IMG/VR virus record: IMGVR_UViG_3300012000_000002
Coordinates: 55,040-119,039 of that record
Reading direction: 5' to 3' (one strand)
DNA from: a virus
Length of the DNA: 64,000 nucleotides
Shown here: piece by piece, positions 39,923 to 49,199 of the stretch
Layout of the letters: each line of letters begins with the position of its first letter
Position numbering within the stretch: position 1 is the first letter of the stretch
Notes under the pieces: generated by a model
Database searches by the model: none
What the model was told of the DNA's origin: nothing
Seen by the model: the letters and a program-made list of their open reading frames with translations, nothing else
Made by a program: the position numbers and the translations under genes

Positions 39923-40003
39923 GCCGGGTTTGCATAGAGGTCGATTGCACCACTTTTGTAAAGTGGCATTTAAACACCGTGGGTTCGAATCCCACACTCG
40001 GCT
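39923..40003 (+). tRNA. tRNA-Thr(TGT) with unusually long variable region
   Basis: gccgggt/actcggc acceptor, ccact/agtgg stem with loop tttgtaa, 12-nt variable region, gtggg-ttcgaat-cccac. Confidence 0.8.
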
Positions 40004-40010
40004 TTAAACA

Positions 40011-40048
40011 ACAAAGGCACCAAGGCAATACCTTTGGTGCCTTTTGTG
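40011..40048 (+). terminator. terminator-like hairpin after tRNA cluster 1
   Basis: aaaggcaccaagg/cctttggtgccttt with T tract. Confidence 0.65.
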
Positions 40049-40125
40049 TTATAAACTGCCTTTGGCAGTGGTCTAAGGGCCAAAAAGAAGTTTGGTTTTG
40101 AGCGCACTATATATATGTAGCCGAT

Positions 40126-40154
40126 TTGGCTTTTGATTTCGCAAAGCGTATGAT
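40126..40154 (+). promoter_or_regulatory. sigma70-like early promoter
   Basis: TTGGCT-17 nt-TATGAT. Confidence 0.5.
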
Positions 40155-40185
40155 ACGCTAGAAATCGACAAAAAAGGAAATAAAC

Positions 40186-40671
40186 ATGATTACAGCAGCA
40201 GAAGTAATAACTGCAATCCTCGTTTTGTACCCACACATGTCAGGAAATAACCGACAATGCATTATGGAACGTCGTTCACAAATCGAACAAGTGCTTGTAG
40301 AAGCTCAACGTCAATATCCAGAAATGCCAACCGAGGTATTTGCAACTATTGGCTTTATGGAAACTCATCTTGGTTGCGATCAAGGTGAAGGTGGCAACTG
40401 GGGAGCACCATTGTCTCCTCAACAAAGACATATAGCTGGAGCACCTATCCAAGCAGCTACAGCATTGTGGCGTTCATATCAAGTATGCGGCACATGGAAT
40501 GGTGCAGCAAGAAGGTTTAGAACAGGTCTTTGCCGTCCAACAGTTATCGGTACAAGATATTCAACAATCGCAAATCAAATAACCAACAGAATCAGACTTA
40601 ATGTTGATTCATCCAGAGAACATTCAAGAAGACTGTGTTTAAACTCTCCAATGGAATGTAGACCACTATGA
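40186..40671 (+). CDS. putative lysozyme-like/lytic transglycosylase protein
   Basis: Hydrophobic N-terminus; VFATIGFMET resembles the SLT catalytic-Glu helix; weak. Confidence 0.4.
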   Translation: MITAAEVITAILVLYPHMSGNNRQCIMERRSQIEQVLVEAQRQYPEMPTEVFATIGFMETHLGCDQGEGGNWGAPLSPQQRHIAGAPIQAATALWRSYQVCGTWNGAARRFRTGLCRPTVIGTRYSTIANQITNRIRLNVDSSREHSRRLCLNSPMECRPL

Positions 40672-40964
40672 AACAAACCGTTTATCAATTCATCAAAAAT
40701 GTTATATTTGGACTTGCTATAGGCGTATTTTTTCCTATAGGAGTTATATACACTCTTTTCAAAAGAGAAATAAGTCCTTTTGCAACTATTCTAGGAACCG
40801 CAATCATTATGTTGGTTGCAATTTTTGGTGGTACGTATCTTCACCAAATTACTCAACTGCCTCGTAACCTAACAATCGGATTGTTGTATTTCGGAATGTG
40901 CATTAGCTTTGCTGTTGCAACAAACGTAAGTTCTCAAAACAATACCGAAAATACCGAGAAATAA
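40668..40964 (+). CDS. small membrane protein
   Basis: Three TM-like segments, ATGA-coupled. Confidence 0.65.
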   Translation: MKQTVYQFIKNVIFGLAIGVFFPIGVIYTLFKREISPFATILGTAIIMLVAIFGGTYLHQITQLPRNLTIGLLYFGMCISFAVATNVSSQNNTENTEK

Positions 40965-40968
40965 TCAT

Positions 40969-40997
40969 TTTAAATCATGAATATCTTGTGATAAAAT
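40969..40997 (+). promoter_or_regulatory. sigma70-like promoter of uvsE
   Basis: TTTAAA-17 nt-TAAAAT. Confidence 0.55.
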
Positions 40998-41003
40998 GAT
41001 ATT

Positions 41004-41936
41004 ATGAGTCTAGGTGTTTGTTGTCAATGGTTGGAACCACGCACGAAACGTGATGGTTCTGTTGTTTATGAAAACTCTATCAACGAGCGTACACTTCAAC
41101 TTGGACGCTTTCAACAAGGTGCATATACCAAAGCTTATGTTCGTGAATGTTACATCAACAACATCAACGAAATCATTAAGCTTGTTCCAAAGCTTGTAGC
41201 TAACAAGCTTAAGCTGTTTCGTCTATCCAGCAATTTGTTTTCATTGTCCGAGTACAACAAAGATATACTTCACAATGATGAGCAAATCAATCTATTGCTT
41301 GCCAAGGCTGGCAAGGCTTTTATAGACGCTGGTATTCGTGTTACTACACATCCCGATCAGTTTGTTGTATTGAGTTCAGATAATCCTGTAACGGTTGAGA
41401 ATGCTATCAAGGAACTATCACATCATGCGTGGGTGTTTGACCGTATGGGCTTCTCAATGTCTCCTCATGCTGCAATCAATATTCATGGTGGCAAGTCTGA
41501 CAGGATGGATCAACTTGTTAAAGCTATTCATTATCTACCAGACAATGTACGTTCTCGACTCACGTTTGAAAACGATGAAAGTGCGTACAGTTTGGTAGAC
41601 TTGCTTAAGGTTAATTCTACCACCAACATTCCTCTTGTATGGGATTCACACCATCATACATTTAACGATGGTGGTTTGTCGTTAGACGATGCATTTAGCT
41701 TGTCTGTGTACACATGGAAGGCTAGTGGGTGCAAGCCATTGCAGCATTTGTCTAACACCACACCGGGACTAGAGAATGGTAGTTTCACTGAAAGAAGGAA
41801 ACACAGTGATTATATTCACTACGTTCCAGATTGTCAGCGAGAAGGTTTGTTGGTTGATGTGATTGATGTTGATGTAGAAGCCAAGATGAAGAACTTGGCT
41901 GTTAACGTGTGCGAGTCTTTACTGGTTTCGTGCTAG
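41004..41936 (+). CDS. uvsE: UV damage endonuclease
   Basis: LFRLSS, RVTTHPDQFVVLSS, INIHGG, RLTFENDE, PLVWDSHHH, KHSDYI, DVEAKMK. Confidence 0.92.
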   Translation: MSLGVCCQWLEPRTKRDGSVVYENSINERTLQLGRFQQGAYTKAYVRECYINNINEIIKLVPKLVANKLKLFRLSSNLFSLSEYNKDILHNDEQINLLLAKAGKAFIDAGIRVTTHPDQFVVLSSDNPVTVENAIKELSHHAWVFDRMGFSMSPHAAINIHGGKSDRMDQLVKAIHYLPDNVRSRLTFENDESAYSLVDLLKVNSTTNIPLVWDSHHHTFNDGGLSLDDAFSLSVYTWKASGCKPLQHLSNTTPGLENGSFTERRKHSDYIHYVPDCQREGLLVDVIDVDVEAKMKNLAVNVCESLLVSC

Positions 41937-43050
41937 CTAAAGCTTTAAGTTTGCCTACATCACCGATTTTAAGTTGAGGTGGGTGCCCTTCACCATCGGT
42001 ACGAATTTCAATATAAAACAAAGGATTTGTTTCACCGTCAGGGTCATCTTTATCCCAAACAATGCCGTATGGTTGTTTTGCACCTGCACCTGCAACGAAT
42101 TTTGTTGAAAGAATAATCGCTGCTGGTAAAGCGTAGATATCAAAATCTAATGCTAGCGTATCAACTTCTGGGAATCCGTCAGCATCTTTATTGCAAGTAT
42201 ATTTTGCAAACGCTGTGGTTTTACCTTTCATCGGTGAAAACAAACGATCTCGCATATCTTGGTTTATTTGCCCAGCGAAATTAAGCCGAGACAACAACTT
42301 GAAATTGTTCTTAAAAGCGATTTTTACAGCTCTTTTTACTACAGCAAACGGATGACTTTGGTTGGGGGAACCATGCATATCAGTTGGTTTCTTAGGAAAG
42401 CCGCCGTTGGTAAAAAGGTTGTATGCTTTTTCTGCCGCCGCCCGATTGTTTAGTCTTTTATTTGCTCCATCCATCATGATAGCTTCTATGGTAGCTTTTT
42501 TGACCGCTGCCGATCTCATGACTCCATCAACGCTACTAAAAAACTTGTTGGCAAACAATGTGTCTGCACCAAAGCCAAACACTCTTTGCCCCGGTGAGCT
42601 TTGATTTAGCTTAACGTGTATGTTTGCTTTATCAGTTTCAACGTCAAACTTTGCTGTTCCACCAATAGCAGAACCCGAAATAGTGCTTCCTGCTAATGCA
42701 CGATTTGTCGTTCTTTGTCTTTTATAAATTACATCGGTGTTTAAAACATTGTTGCTAACTCTAAATGCTTTACGAACAAAAGCATCGAAAGCACTTATTC
42801 CACTAGTTGCGTAGGCTCTTTGCGCTCGATCTCCCATACGTTGCATATCAACAACATTGTTCCAAGCATTTGTTAAAGCTTTGTGTTTGGCTGCCCAAGT
42901 AGATAAATCGGCTGGAATAGGATCACCTGAGATTGCGTCCATTAAAGCGAATTCACAAGCGAAGCCAAGCATTTGATCTGATAGTAATTTTTTTACTGGA
43001 TCTTTTTCATCATCAGCTTCGTTTAAAATATATTCCCACAAATATTTCAT
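41902..43050 (-). CDS. hypothetical late protein, possibly nuclease-like
   Basis: GAGGAG SD; MKYLWEYILNEA leader. Confidence 0.7.
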   Translation of the reverse strand: MKYLWEYILNEADDEKDPVKKLLSDQMLGFACEFALMDAISGDPIPADLSTWAAKHKALTNAWNNVVDMQRMGDRAQRAYATSGISAFDAFVRKAFRVSNNVLNTDVIYKRQRTTNRALAGSTISGSAIGGTAKFDVETDKANIHVKLNQSSPGQRVFGFGADTLFANKFFSSVDGVMRSAAVKKATIEAIMMDGANKRLNNRAAAEKAYNLFTNGGFPKKPTDMHGSPNQSHPFAVVKRAVKIAFKNNFKLLSRLNFAGQINQDMRDRLFSPMKGKTTAFAKYTCNKDADGFPEVDTLALDFDIYALPAAIILSTKFVAGAGAKQPYGIVWDKDDPDGETNPLFYIEIRTDGEGHPPQLKIGDVGKLKALASTKPVKTRTR

Positions 43051-43061
43051 TATCATTCTCC

Positions 43062-43322
43062 TCAATCTGGTGTGACAACAATATCTACTGTTGGAGTTTC
43101 TTCTGAATCTTCATCTTCGTTAAGCTCTGCGCTTTCTAATATCTCGCTGGCTTCTGCACCTTCGGGTTTGTAATATCTTGTTTTTAACCAATCAGACATT
43201 TCTTCGTCATCCATTGGTTCGATAGCTGGCTCTCCAATGTCTTCTGGGTCGGGCATTAATTCGTCATAAGATTCTTGCTTTTCTTCTTGCTCGAACAAAA
43301 TCTTGTATAGCTTTGTGTTCAT
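43062..43322 (-). CDS. small acidic late protein
   Basis: MNTKLYKILFEQ leader; CTATATA motif at 43347-43353. Confidence 0.7.
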   Translation of the reverse strand: MNTKLYKILFEQEEKQESYDELMPDPEDIGEPAIEPMDDEEMSDWLKTRYYKPEGAEASEILESAELNEDEDSEETPTVDIVVTPD

Positions 43323-43361
43323 TAAAGGTTCCTCGTTCTATAACAATATATAGCTTTTATC

Positions 43362-43655
43362 ATGCAAACTATTGTTCACGACAATAAACGTATAACTATT
43401 TTACACGACGGGAAAGTTGTTGTTGTGTCTCCTGTAGACAATAACAAAATCATTGTGCCTTTCCATTGTCCTATGTGTGAATATCCAATGAAAACATCAG
43501 ACGACGCTCAAAGCTACCGAGAAGTAGAATGTTGCAGCATGTGTCAGCTATATTGGAAAACAAGCAACATAGAACCAGACAAAACAAGCGAACGTTGGAA
43601 GAGTTATATGCAACGCAGACATATGGCATTCCTTCCACAAATCCAGTTTAAATGA
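43362..43655 (+). CDS. small Cys-containing protein
   Basis: CPMC and CCSMC motifs. Confidence 0.65.
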   Translation: MQTIVHDNKRITILHDGKVVVVSPVDNNKIIVPFHCPMCEYPMKTSDDAQSYREVECCSMCQLYWKTSNIEPDKTSERWKSYMQRRHMAFLPQIQFK

Positions 43656-43685
43656 ATACTTATCCGTAAAGGATAATCACAAGAT

Positions 43686-44144
43686 ATGCCTATTCAGCAA
43701 AAAGCACGCTATAGATTGTTAACCAATCTTCTTAACACTTCATTCGGTAAATCATCCGAACGTCAATATCCAAACCATTTTGTTAAATTTACAATGCCAC
43801 TTGAAAACACCATTCAAGTTAAAGCGCAGATTCTTGTTAATCTTGGCGGCACAACAAACGCTTATATTGCGATTCGTCCAAAACTTCGTGAAGAACTATT
43901 AGAAATCATCAAGCAACGCTTGGAACGTATTTCAGACGAATATAAACGTGCCGTTGAAGCCGCAACAGATGAATCAATGCTTTCATATCGTAAACAACCT
44001 TACGAAGAAGCTCCAGAAAAAACTGTTAAGCTAGCCGTTGACAACTATTCCATTCAAGAATGGATTGAACCAATCTCAATGAGTGCTTATCGTAACAATA
44101 AAACCAATATATATCACTTACATTGCGTTGTAAGCGTATCATAA
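43686..44144 (+). CDS. hypothetical protein upstream of terminase
   Basis: ATACTTA motif at 43656-43662, AAGGA SD. Confidence 0.7.
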   Translation: MPIQQKARYRLLTNLLNTSFGKSSERQYPNHFVKFTMPLENTIQVKAQILVNLGGTTNAYIAIRPKLREELLEIIKQRLERISDEYKRAVEAATDESMLSYRKQPYEEAPEKTVKLAVDNYSIQEWIEPISMSAYRNNKTNIYHLHCVVSVS

Positions 44145-44151
44145 TATCGGC

Positions 44152-45801
44152 ATGGCATTAACGAAAAAAGAACAAGTTGATGAAATAATGAAATGTGGCA
44201 GCGATCCCTGCTACTTCATTAAAAAATACTTGTATATTCAACATCCCGTTAAAGGTAGACTTCCATTTGAACTTTATCCGTTCCAAGAAGAATGTATTAA
44301 TTCGTTCTTGGATTACAAGTTCAATATTGTTCTTAAGTCTCGTCAGTTGGGCTTGTCCACAACAACATCTGCTTATTGTCTTTGGATGGCAATGTTTAGA
44401 CAAGATGCCAACATCATGATTATGGCAACAAAGCTGGAAACCAGCAAAAACATGATTCAAAAAATCAGAACAACGTTTAAAATGCTTCCTCCTTGGATGC
44501 TTACGTTGCTTGATTTAAAAGAACCAGAAGCAGAATCTGTTAAGTATATCAAGTTCAACAACGGATCAAAGATTACAGCTATTCCTACATCTGCTGACGC
44601 TGGTCGTGGTGAAGCGTTAAGTCTTCTTGTGGTTGACGAAGCTGCTCACGTTGATGTTCTTGAAGAACTATGGTTAGGTCTTTATCCTACACTATCAACT
44701 GGTGGTAGAGCTATTATCTTCTCAACTCCTAACGGCAAAAACTTTTTTTATCAACTATGGGCTGGAGCAGACACAGGGGAATATGAAGAAGGTAAGGTAG
44801 GCTTGCACTGTAAAGGTGTAGGTCAAAACAAATTTCATGGCATTAAACTTCCTTGGTATGTTCATCCAGAACGTGATGAAAAATGGTTTGAAGATCAAGC
44901 CAAGCCAATGGATGCTAGAGGTATTGCACAAGAACTTTTGTGTGGCTTTGAAGGTTCTACGTTAACCTTCTTTGATCAAAACAGCATTGATTGGATTCGT
45001 AACTTATCTCAAACTCCTATTGGCTTCACAGGGCCAAACAACAAAGGTCAAGACTTACACATTTGGAAAACTGCTATTCCAGATCACAAGTATGTTATAG
45101 CCGCAGACGTTGCAAGAGGTGACGCAGAAGACTTTTCAACCTTTCATGTGTTTGATACAAATGAAAGCGAAGTTGTTGCTGAATATATGGGCAAGATTCC
45201 TCCAGATAGATTTGGAGAATGGCTTATAGAGATTGGTAAAAGATATAACGATGCTCTTATCGTAAATGAAAAAAACACGGTGGGTATTGCAACAGCAATC
45301 AAGTTAAGAGATGCTGAATATCCAAACTTGTATTACGATTTAGATTTGGCTGAAAAGATGCTAACAATGACGCCGGATGAAAAGAAAGACGTTCTTCCCG
45401 GCTTTACAATCACTCCCAAGAACCGTGAAAAGATTCTTGAAAACTTAGAACAAGTTATCAGAAACCATCAATTAAAGATTTATTCGTTACGCTTTGTTGC
45501 TCAAATGGAAACGTTTGTTTGGAACGGCAAACGTGGTCAAGCATTAAAGAAACGTCACGATGACCTTATTATGGCAATGGCTATTGGTTTGCAAGTATTT
45601 ACACCAATGGCTCATGAACAAGGTTATCTTGGAATGTTAGCCGTTAACAAAACCATTGCTGATGCAATGCTTGCTGGCATGACAAGAGGTTATCGTGATG
45701 TTAAACAAAAAGTTAACGGCAAAAAAGTTCCGGCTGGAGTTAATCCAGATTCAGTTAAAAACGAGTTAGAGTTCAGAAAAGAATTTTGGTGGCTTTACTA
45801 A
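44152..45801 (+). CDS. terminase large subunit (T4 gp17-like)
   Basis: LKSRQLGLST, LLVVDEAAH, STPNG, AADVARG..DFS, HDDLIMA. Confidence 0.95.
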   Translation: MALTKKEQVDEIMKCGSDPCYFIKKYLYIQHPVKGRLPFELYPFQEECINSFLDYKFNIVLKSRQLGLSTTTSAYCLWMAMFRQDANIMIMATKLETSKNMIQKIRTTFKMLPPWMLTLLDLKEPEAESVKYIKFNNGSKITAIPTSADAGRGEALSLLVVDEAAHVDVLEELWLGLYPTLSTGGRAIIFSTPNGKNFFYQLWAGADTGEYEEGKVGLHCKGVGQNKFHGIKLPWYVHPERDEKWFEDQAKPMDARGIAQELLCGFEGSTLTFFDQNSIDWIRNLSQTPIGFTGPNNKGQDLHIWKTAIPDHKYVIAADVARGDAEDFSTFHVFDTNESEVVAEYMGKIPPDRFGEWLIEIGKRYNDALIVNEKNTVGIATAIKLRDAEYPNLYYDLDLAEKMLTMTPDEKKDVLPGFTITPKNREKILENLEQVIRNHQLKIYSLRFVAQMETFVWNGKRGQALKKRHDDLIMAMAIGLQVFTPMAHEQGYLGMLAVNKTIADAMLAGMTRGYRDVKQKVNGKKVPAGVNPDSVKNELEFRKEFWWLY

Positions 45802-45861
45802 TCTATACGTTTTAGATACCTTTTATGCCACTTTATACTAAACACTAGGAGAACTATTATT

Positions 45862-46617
45862 ATGGCAAACAAAATCAATGTAGGTAACCCAGAAGTTACA
45901 ACCAAAACAAACATCTTAGACATTGGCCTTCCAACAGAACTTGAAAATGCTATATCAACAGGTTGGGACCACTTTGACGCTCTTTGCGCTGGAGATGGTA
46001 TGATTCCTTCCACCGTAGCAATTCTTACAGGTCTTCCCGGTTCTGGTAAAACAACGTTTGCAATTCAACTTGCAGACTCTATCACAGGCACAGGTAACCT
46101 CGCTCTTTATAACACTTGTGAAGAAAGCATTTATCAAGTAAGAAGAACTGCTAAAAGAATGCAACTACAACACGGATTCATTCCATCATATCACAATGAT
46201 GTAAATGACATTCTTAAGCACGCCGACGAAATTCGTGCAGAAAATCCCGGTAAACAACTATTCCTCTTCATTGATTCACTTCAAACAGTTGAATGCAATG
46301 AAGTTGATCCAAAAACAAACAAAGTATATTCTCAACAAGCTCAAACAATTCAATCAGCTTGGAGACTTGCTGAATGGTGTAAAAAGAACTATACCAACGC
46401 AATCATCATTGGTCAAGTAACCAAAGACGGCACCTTTGCCGGTAAACAAGAAGTTAAACACGCTGTTGATATGCATATCTCTCTTCACCTAGACACAGAT
46501 CGTAGAAGTGAAACTTATGGTGACAGAGTTGCAATGGTTGAGAAAAATCGCTTTGGTACAGGCGGGCTTTACTTCCCTTACGAAGTTACTAGCAAGGGAA
46601 TCCAATTCAAAGATTAA
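45862..46617 (+). CDS. RadA/Sms-like RecA-fold ATPase (ATPase domain only)
   Basis: GLPGSGKTT, EES, IDSLQT, GQVTKDG..AG, HAVD, KNRFG. Confidence 0.88.
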   Translation: MANKINVGNPEVTTKTNILDIGLPTELENAISTGWDHFDALCAGDGMIPSTVAILTGLPGSGKTTFAIQLADSITGTGNLALYNTCEESIYQVRRTAKRMQLQHGFIPSYHNDVNDILKHADEIRAENPGKQLFLFIDSLQTVECNEVDPKTNKVYSQQAQTIQSAWRLAEWCKKNYTNAIIIGQVTKDGTFAGKQEVKHAVDMHISLHLDTDRRSETYGDRVAMVEKNRFGTGGLYFPYEVTSKGIQFKD

Positions 46618-48692
46618 AGAGCGTCTTTAATAGCGTTTAATTTTGCAAACAATGCTGTGATTTGCTCGTTTGGAGCTCTTTGAAAAGCTATCTGAAAAGC
46701 TTTAAAGCTTTCAGAATCTTTTAATGCATTAGCGGGTGCTGCTAGTTTTGGTACATTAGCATTAATATCAGCAACTGCTTTGCTGATAGCGTCAGCAGGC
46801 GCATTAAATGCTTTGGTATATTCTTGTATTGTTGCTTGAAAATTTGCTACTTTGTTACCGCTACCATCAACAAGATTTCCGTCCGCATCCATTCCAGCAC
46901 CAATTCCATTTGTTACATTTACAACCTGTTGTTGTGGATTTCCACTGGGGGTGTCATATGAAGAACTATAGCCGGTATATGAGTCTTTAAAGAAACCTGA
47001 TAGTTTTGACGTTGCCCAAGCTATAGCTCCTGCCAATGCAGAAAGAAGTAATGCTGTAAGAAAAAACTCATTAAGTTGAATCTTGTTGGCAACTTCTCCT
47101 GTTTTTGCATATTCCGACAAAACTTGTTTTTTGAAATACAACTTAGCAAGTTGTTGTTGTTTTGCTGTTAAAGCAGATTCAGCAACTTGTTCTTGACCAA
47201 TTTTTGTCAGTGCGTCTTGTAAAGCAGAAGATTGTTTCAGCAATGCTCCAAAGGCTCCTGTATCTGCATTTACACCAATAATCGTAGAAATAGCTTTGCC
47301 TATTGGTTCTATAGCTGGATCTGGACCTTGTTGTGCTGCTGCTCCTCCTTGTGGTGAGACTCCTGCCGTTGCTGCTGGTGCTGATGTTGGTGCTGATCCT
47401 CCTGATGGTTGTTCAGCTAGAACTTTTTTTGTTTTAACAAGAGCAGCAAGATATTCAGAGCGATCAATCAATCCAGCTTCATAAAGTCTTTTTGTTAACA
47501 TAAACGATTTGTTTATGTTTTCGGTGGTTGGTGCTGGTGCTGCTGGCTGTACTATAAACGACATATTTTGTGGGAGCCTACTAAGCCTATCCCACTCTGC
47601 ATCAATAACGTCCTTTTTTAATCCTATTGCATCTAGTTTTGCCTGCAAACTTTCTTCTGTTTCTGCTGGGACAGCTACTGGGGCTGTTGCGGCGGGCCGA
47701 GGCTCGAGCCCTGATACATCTGCTGCTGGTGCGTCGGATGCTGGTGGATTTGTAACTGATGCTGTTCCTCCTCCTGCTGGTGGTGGTTGTCCTGCTTTGG
47801 TTTCTCCTCGTTTTCCTTTGCCACGCCCGCCCCCGCCACCGGGACCACGGCCTCCTCTTGTTCTATTTGCTTCTCTAGCTCCTTCGTTTAAATGATTTCT
47901 AACATCAAGAACAGAAGCAAGATATTCTGAACGTTCAATCAATCCAGCTTCATATAGCTTTTTATCCATCTTGAATCTATCAACGATTGATGACTCTTTT
48001 AATGGTGCTCCTGCTGATGCTGTTCCTCCTACTGCTGGTGTGGTTGTTACAGTTCCTCCTGCTGATGCCGCTGGAGCTTTAAGTTCATCCCACAATGCTT
48101 TCATCCATTGAGGTTTGGTTATGGGCTGGTTTTTGTTAGCCACTAAAGCCTTTTCAAAAGCACTTTGAGATTTTACTGCGTCTACTGGTGCTGGTTGTGT
48201 CGCCGGGGCCGCTGGTTTTGCTGTATTGACGCTATTAAAAGCCTTTGCAAAGTTGGCAGCGATTGGAGCAAGACCTTTGCTATCGTTTGAAATTATGTCT
48301 GTTAATGCTGCTGCTGCTTTAGCCGCTTCGGTGGTGGCTACTTTTAGTTTACCTTGAAAATCCTCTGCTGCTTGTTGAAGTTCGTCAAAAGCTTTGTCGT
48401 CAGACAAAGCATCAAAAATCAATTTTGCTTCATCGGTGGCTTTTCCACCCCAAGGCTTCAAAAAAACTTTTATAAACCAAGCACGATTTGAACCGCTTGG
48501 TTTTAAGTTTTTGATTACGTTATTAATCTCACCGATTCGTTCACGTTTTACTTTGCCTTCTTTGCCGCTAAAAAGTTTCTTAACCCAGTTTGCTTCTTGT
48601 TCTAGATTAAGATATTCCTTCGACCAATCTTGCAAAGCTTTGATTGGAACAAGCTGATCGTTTTTTGGATTCAACGTAAGTTTGATTGCCAT
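46614..48692 (-). CDS. large late protein with internal duplication and TM-like segment
   Basis: 692 aa; CTATTTA motif at 48717-48723; two LYEAGLIxRSEYLA modules. Confidence 0.75.
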   Translation of the reverse strand: MAIKLTLNPKNDQLVPIKALQDWSKEYLNLEQEANWVKKLFSGKEGKVKRERIGEINNVIKNLKPSGSNRAWFIKVFLKPWGGKATDEAKLIFDALSDDKAFDELQQAAEDFQGKLKVATTEAAKAAAALTDIISNDSKGLAPIAANFAKAFNSVNTAKPAAPATQPAPVDAVKSQSAFEKALVANKNQPITKPQWMKALWDELKAPAASAGGTVTTTPAVGGTASAGAPLKESSIVDRFKMDKKLYEAGLIERSEYLASVLDVRNHLNEGAREANRTRGGRGPGGGGGRGKGKRGETKAGQPPPAGGGTASVTNPPASDAPAADVSGLEPRPAATAPVAVPAETEESLQAKLDAIGLKKDVIDAEWDRLSRLPQNMSFIVQPAAPAPTTENINKSFMLTKRLYEAGLIDRSEYLAALVKTKKVLAEQPSGGSAPTSAPAATAGVSPQGGAAAQQGPDPAIEPIGKAISTIIGVNADTGAFGALLKQSSALQDALTKIGQEQVAESALTAKQQQLAKLYFKKQVLSEYAKTGEVANKIQLNEFFLTALLLSALAGAIAWATSKLSGFFKDSYTGYSSSYDTPSGNPQQQVVNVTNGIGAGMDADGNLVDGSGNKVANFQATIQEYTKAFNAPADAISKAVADINANVPKLAAPANALKDSESFKAFQIAFQRAPNEQITALFAKLNAIKDAL

Positions 48693-48738
48693 TAGTTACA
48701 ACCTTTTGATATTAAGTAAATAGGCTAACCTTAAATAC

Positions 48739-48767
48739 TTGCTTTTGAGAATATAATGTGTTAGCAT
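48739..48767 (+). promoter_or_regulatory. sigma70-like early promoter of peptidase-sigma operon
   Basis: TTGCTT-17 nt-TAGCAT. Confidence 0.6.
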
Positions 48768-48773
48768 GAAAGT

Positions 48774-49199
48774 ATGAGTTATACTGATTGGAACAATTAT
48801 CTAACAACATTAAAGCAACACTGTGTTAACAACAACATTGAAGTTGTTTTCAAGCGTGGTTGCCAAGACGCTTACACTGTAGAAACTCAACTGATCGAAA
48901 TTAACAGCAACCGAACAAAGCAAAATCAAGTTTATATTTTGCTTCACGAAATCGGGCATCACAAAGTTGTTAACAACAAAAAGCTTGCAAAAAAGTTTGC
49001 ATCATTGAATCAACCATATTCTCGTAACTTGTCCAACAAGATTTTAAATCTTGAGGAAGAAGTTATGGCATGGCATTATGGAGAAAATCTTGCGGCAGAA
49101 CTTGGAATTGAACTTGACTCAAAATACCAAGTGCTTAAAGCAAAATGTTTGAAAACTTATATTGAATCAATCAGTTCAAAGAAAAGGAATCAACAATGA
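48774..49199 (+). CDS. HExxH metallopeptidase-like protein (ImmA/IrrE-like)
   Basis: YILLHEIGHH and EEEVMAW. Confidence 0.7.
   Translation: MSYTDWNNYLTTLKQHCVNNNIEVVFKRGCQDAYTVETQLIEINSNRTKQNQVYILLHEIGHHKVVNNKKLAKKFASLNQPYSRNLSNKILNLEEEVMAWHYGENLAAELGIELDSKYQVLKAKCLKTYIESISSKKRNQQ

Noticed and set aside
40066-40110. tRNA-like fragments (ggtctaag, gagcgcacta)
   Set aside because: No T arm or cloverleaf can be built
43686-44144. Small terminase subunit
   Set aside because: Only synteny supports it; no recognisable motif
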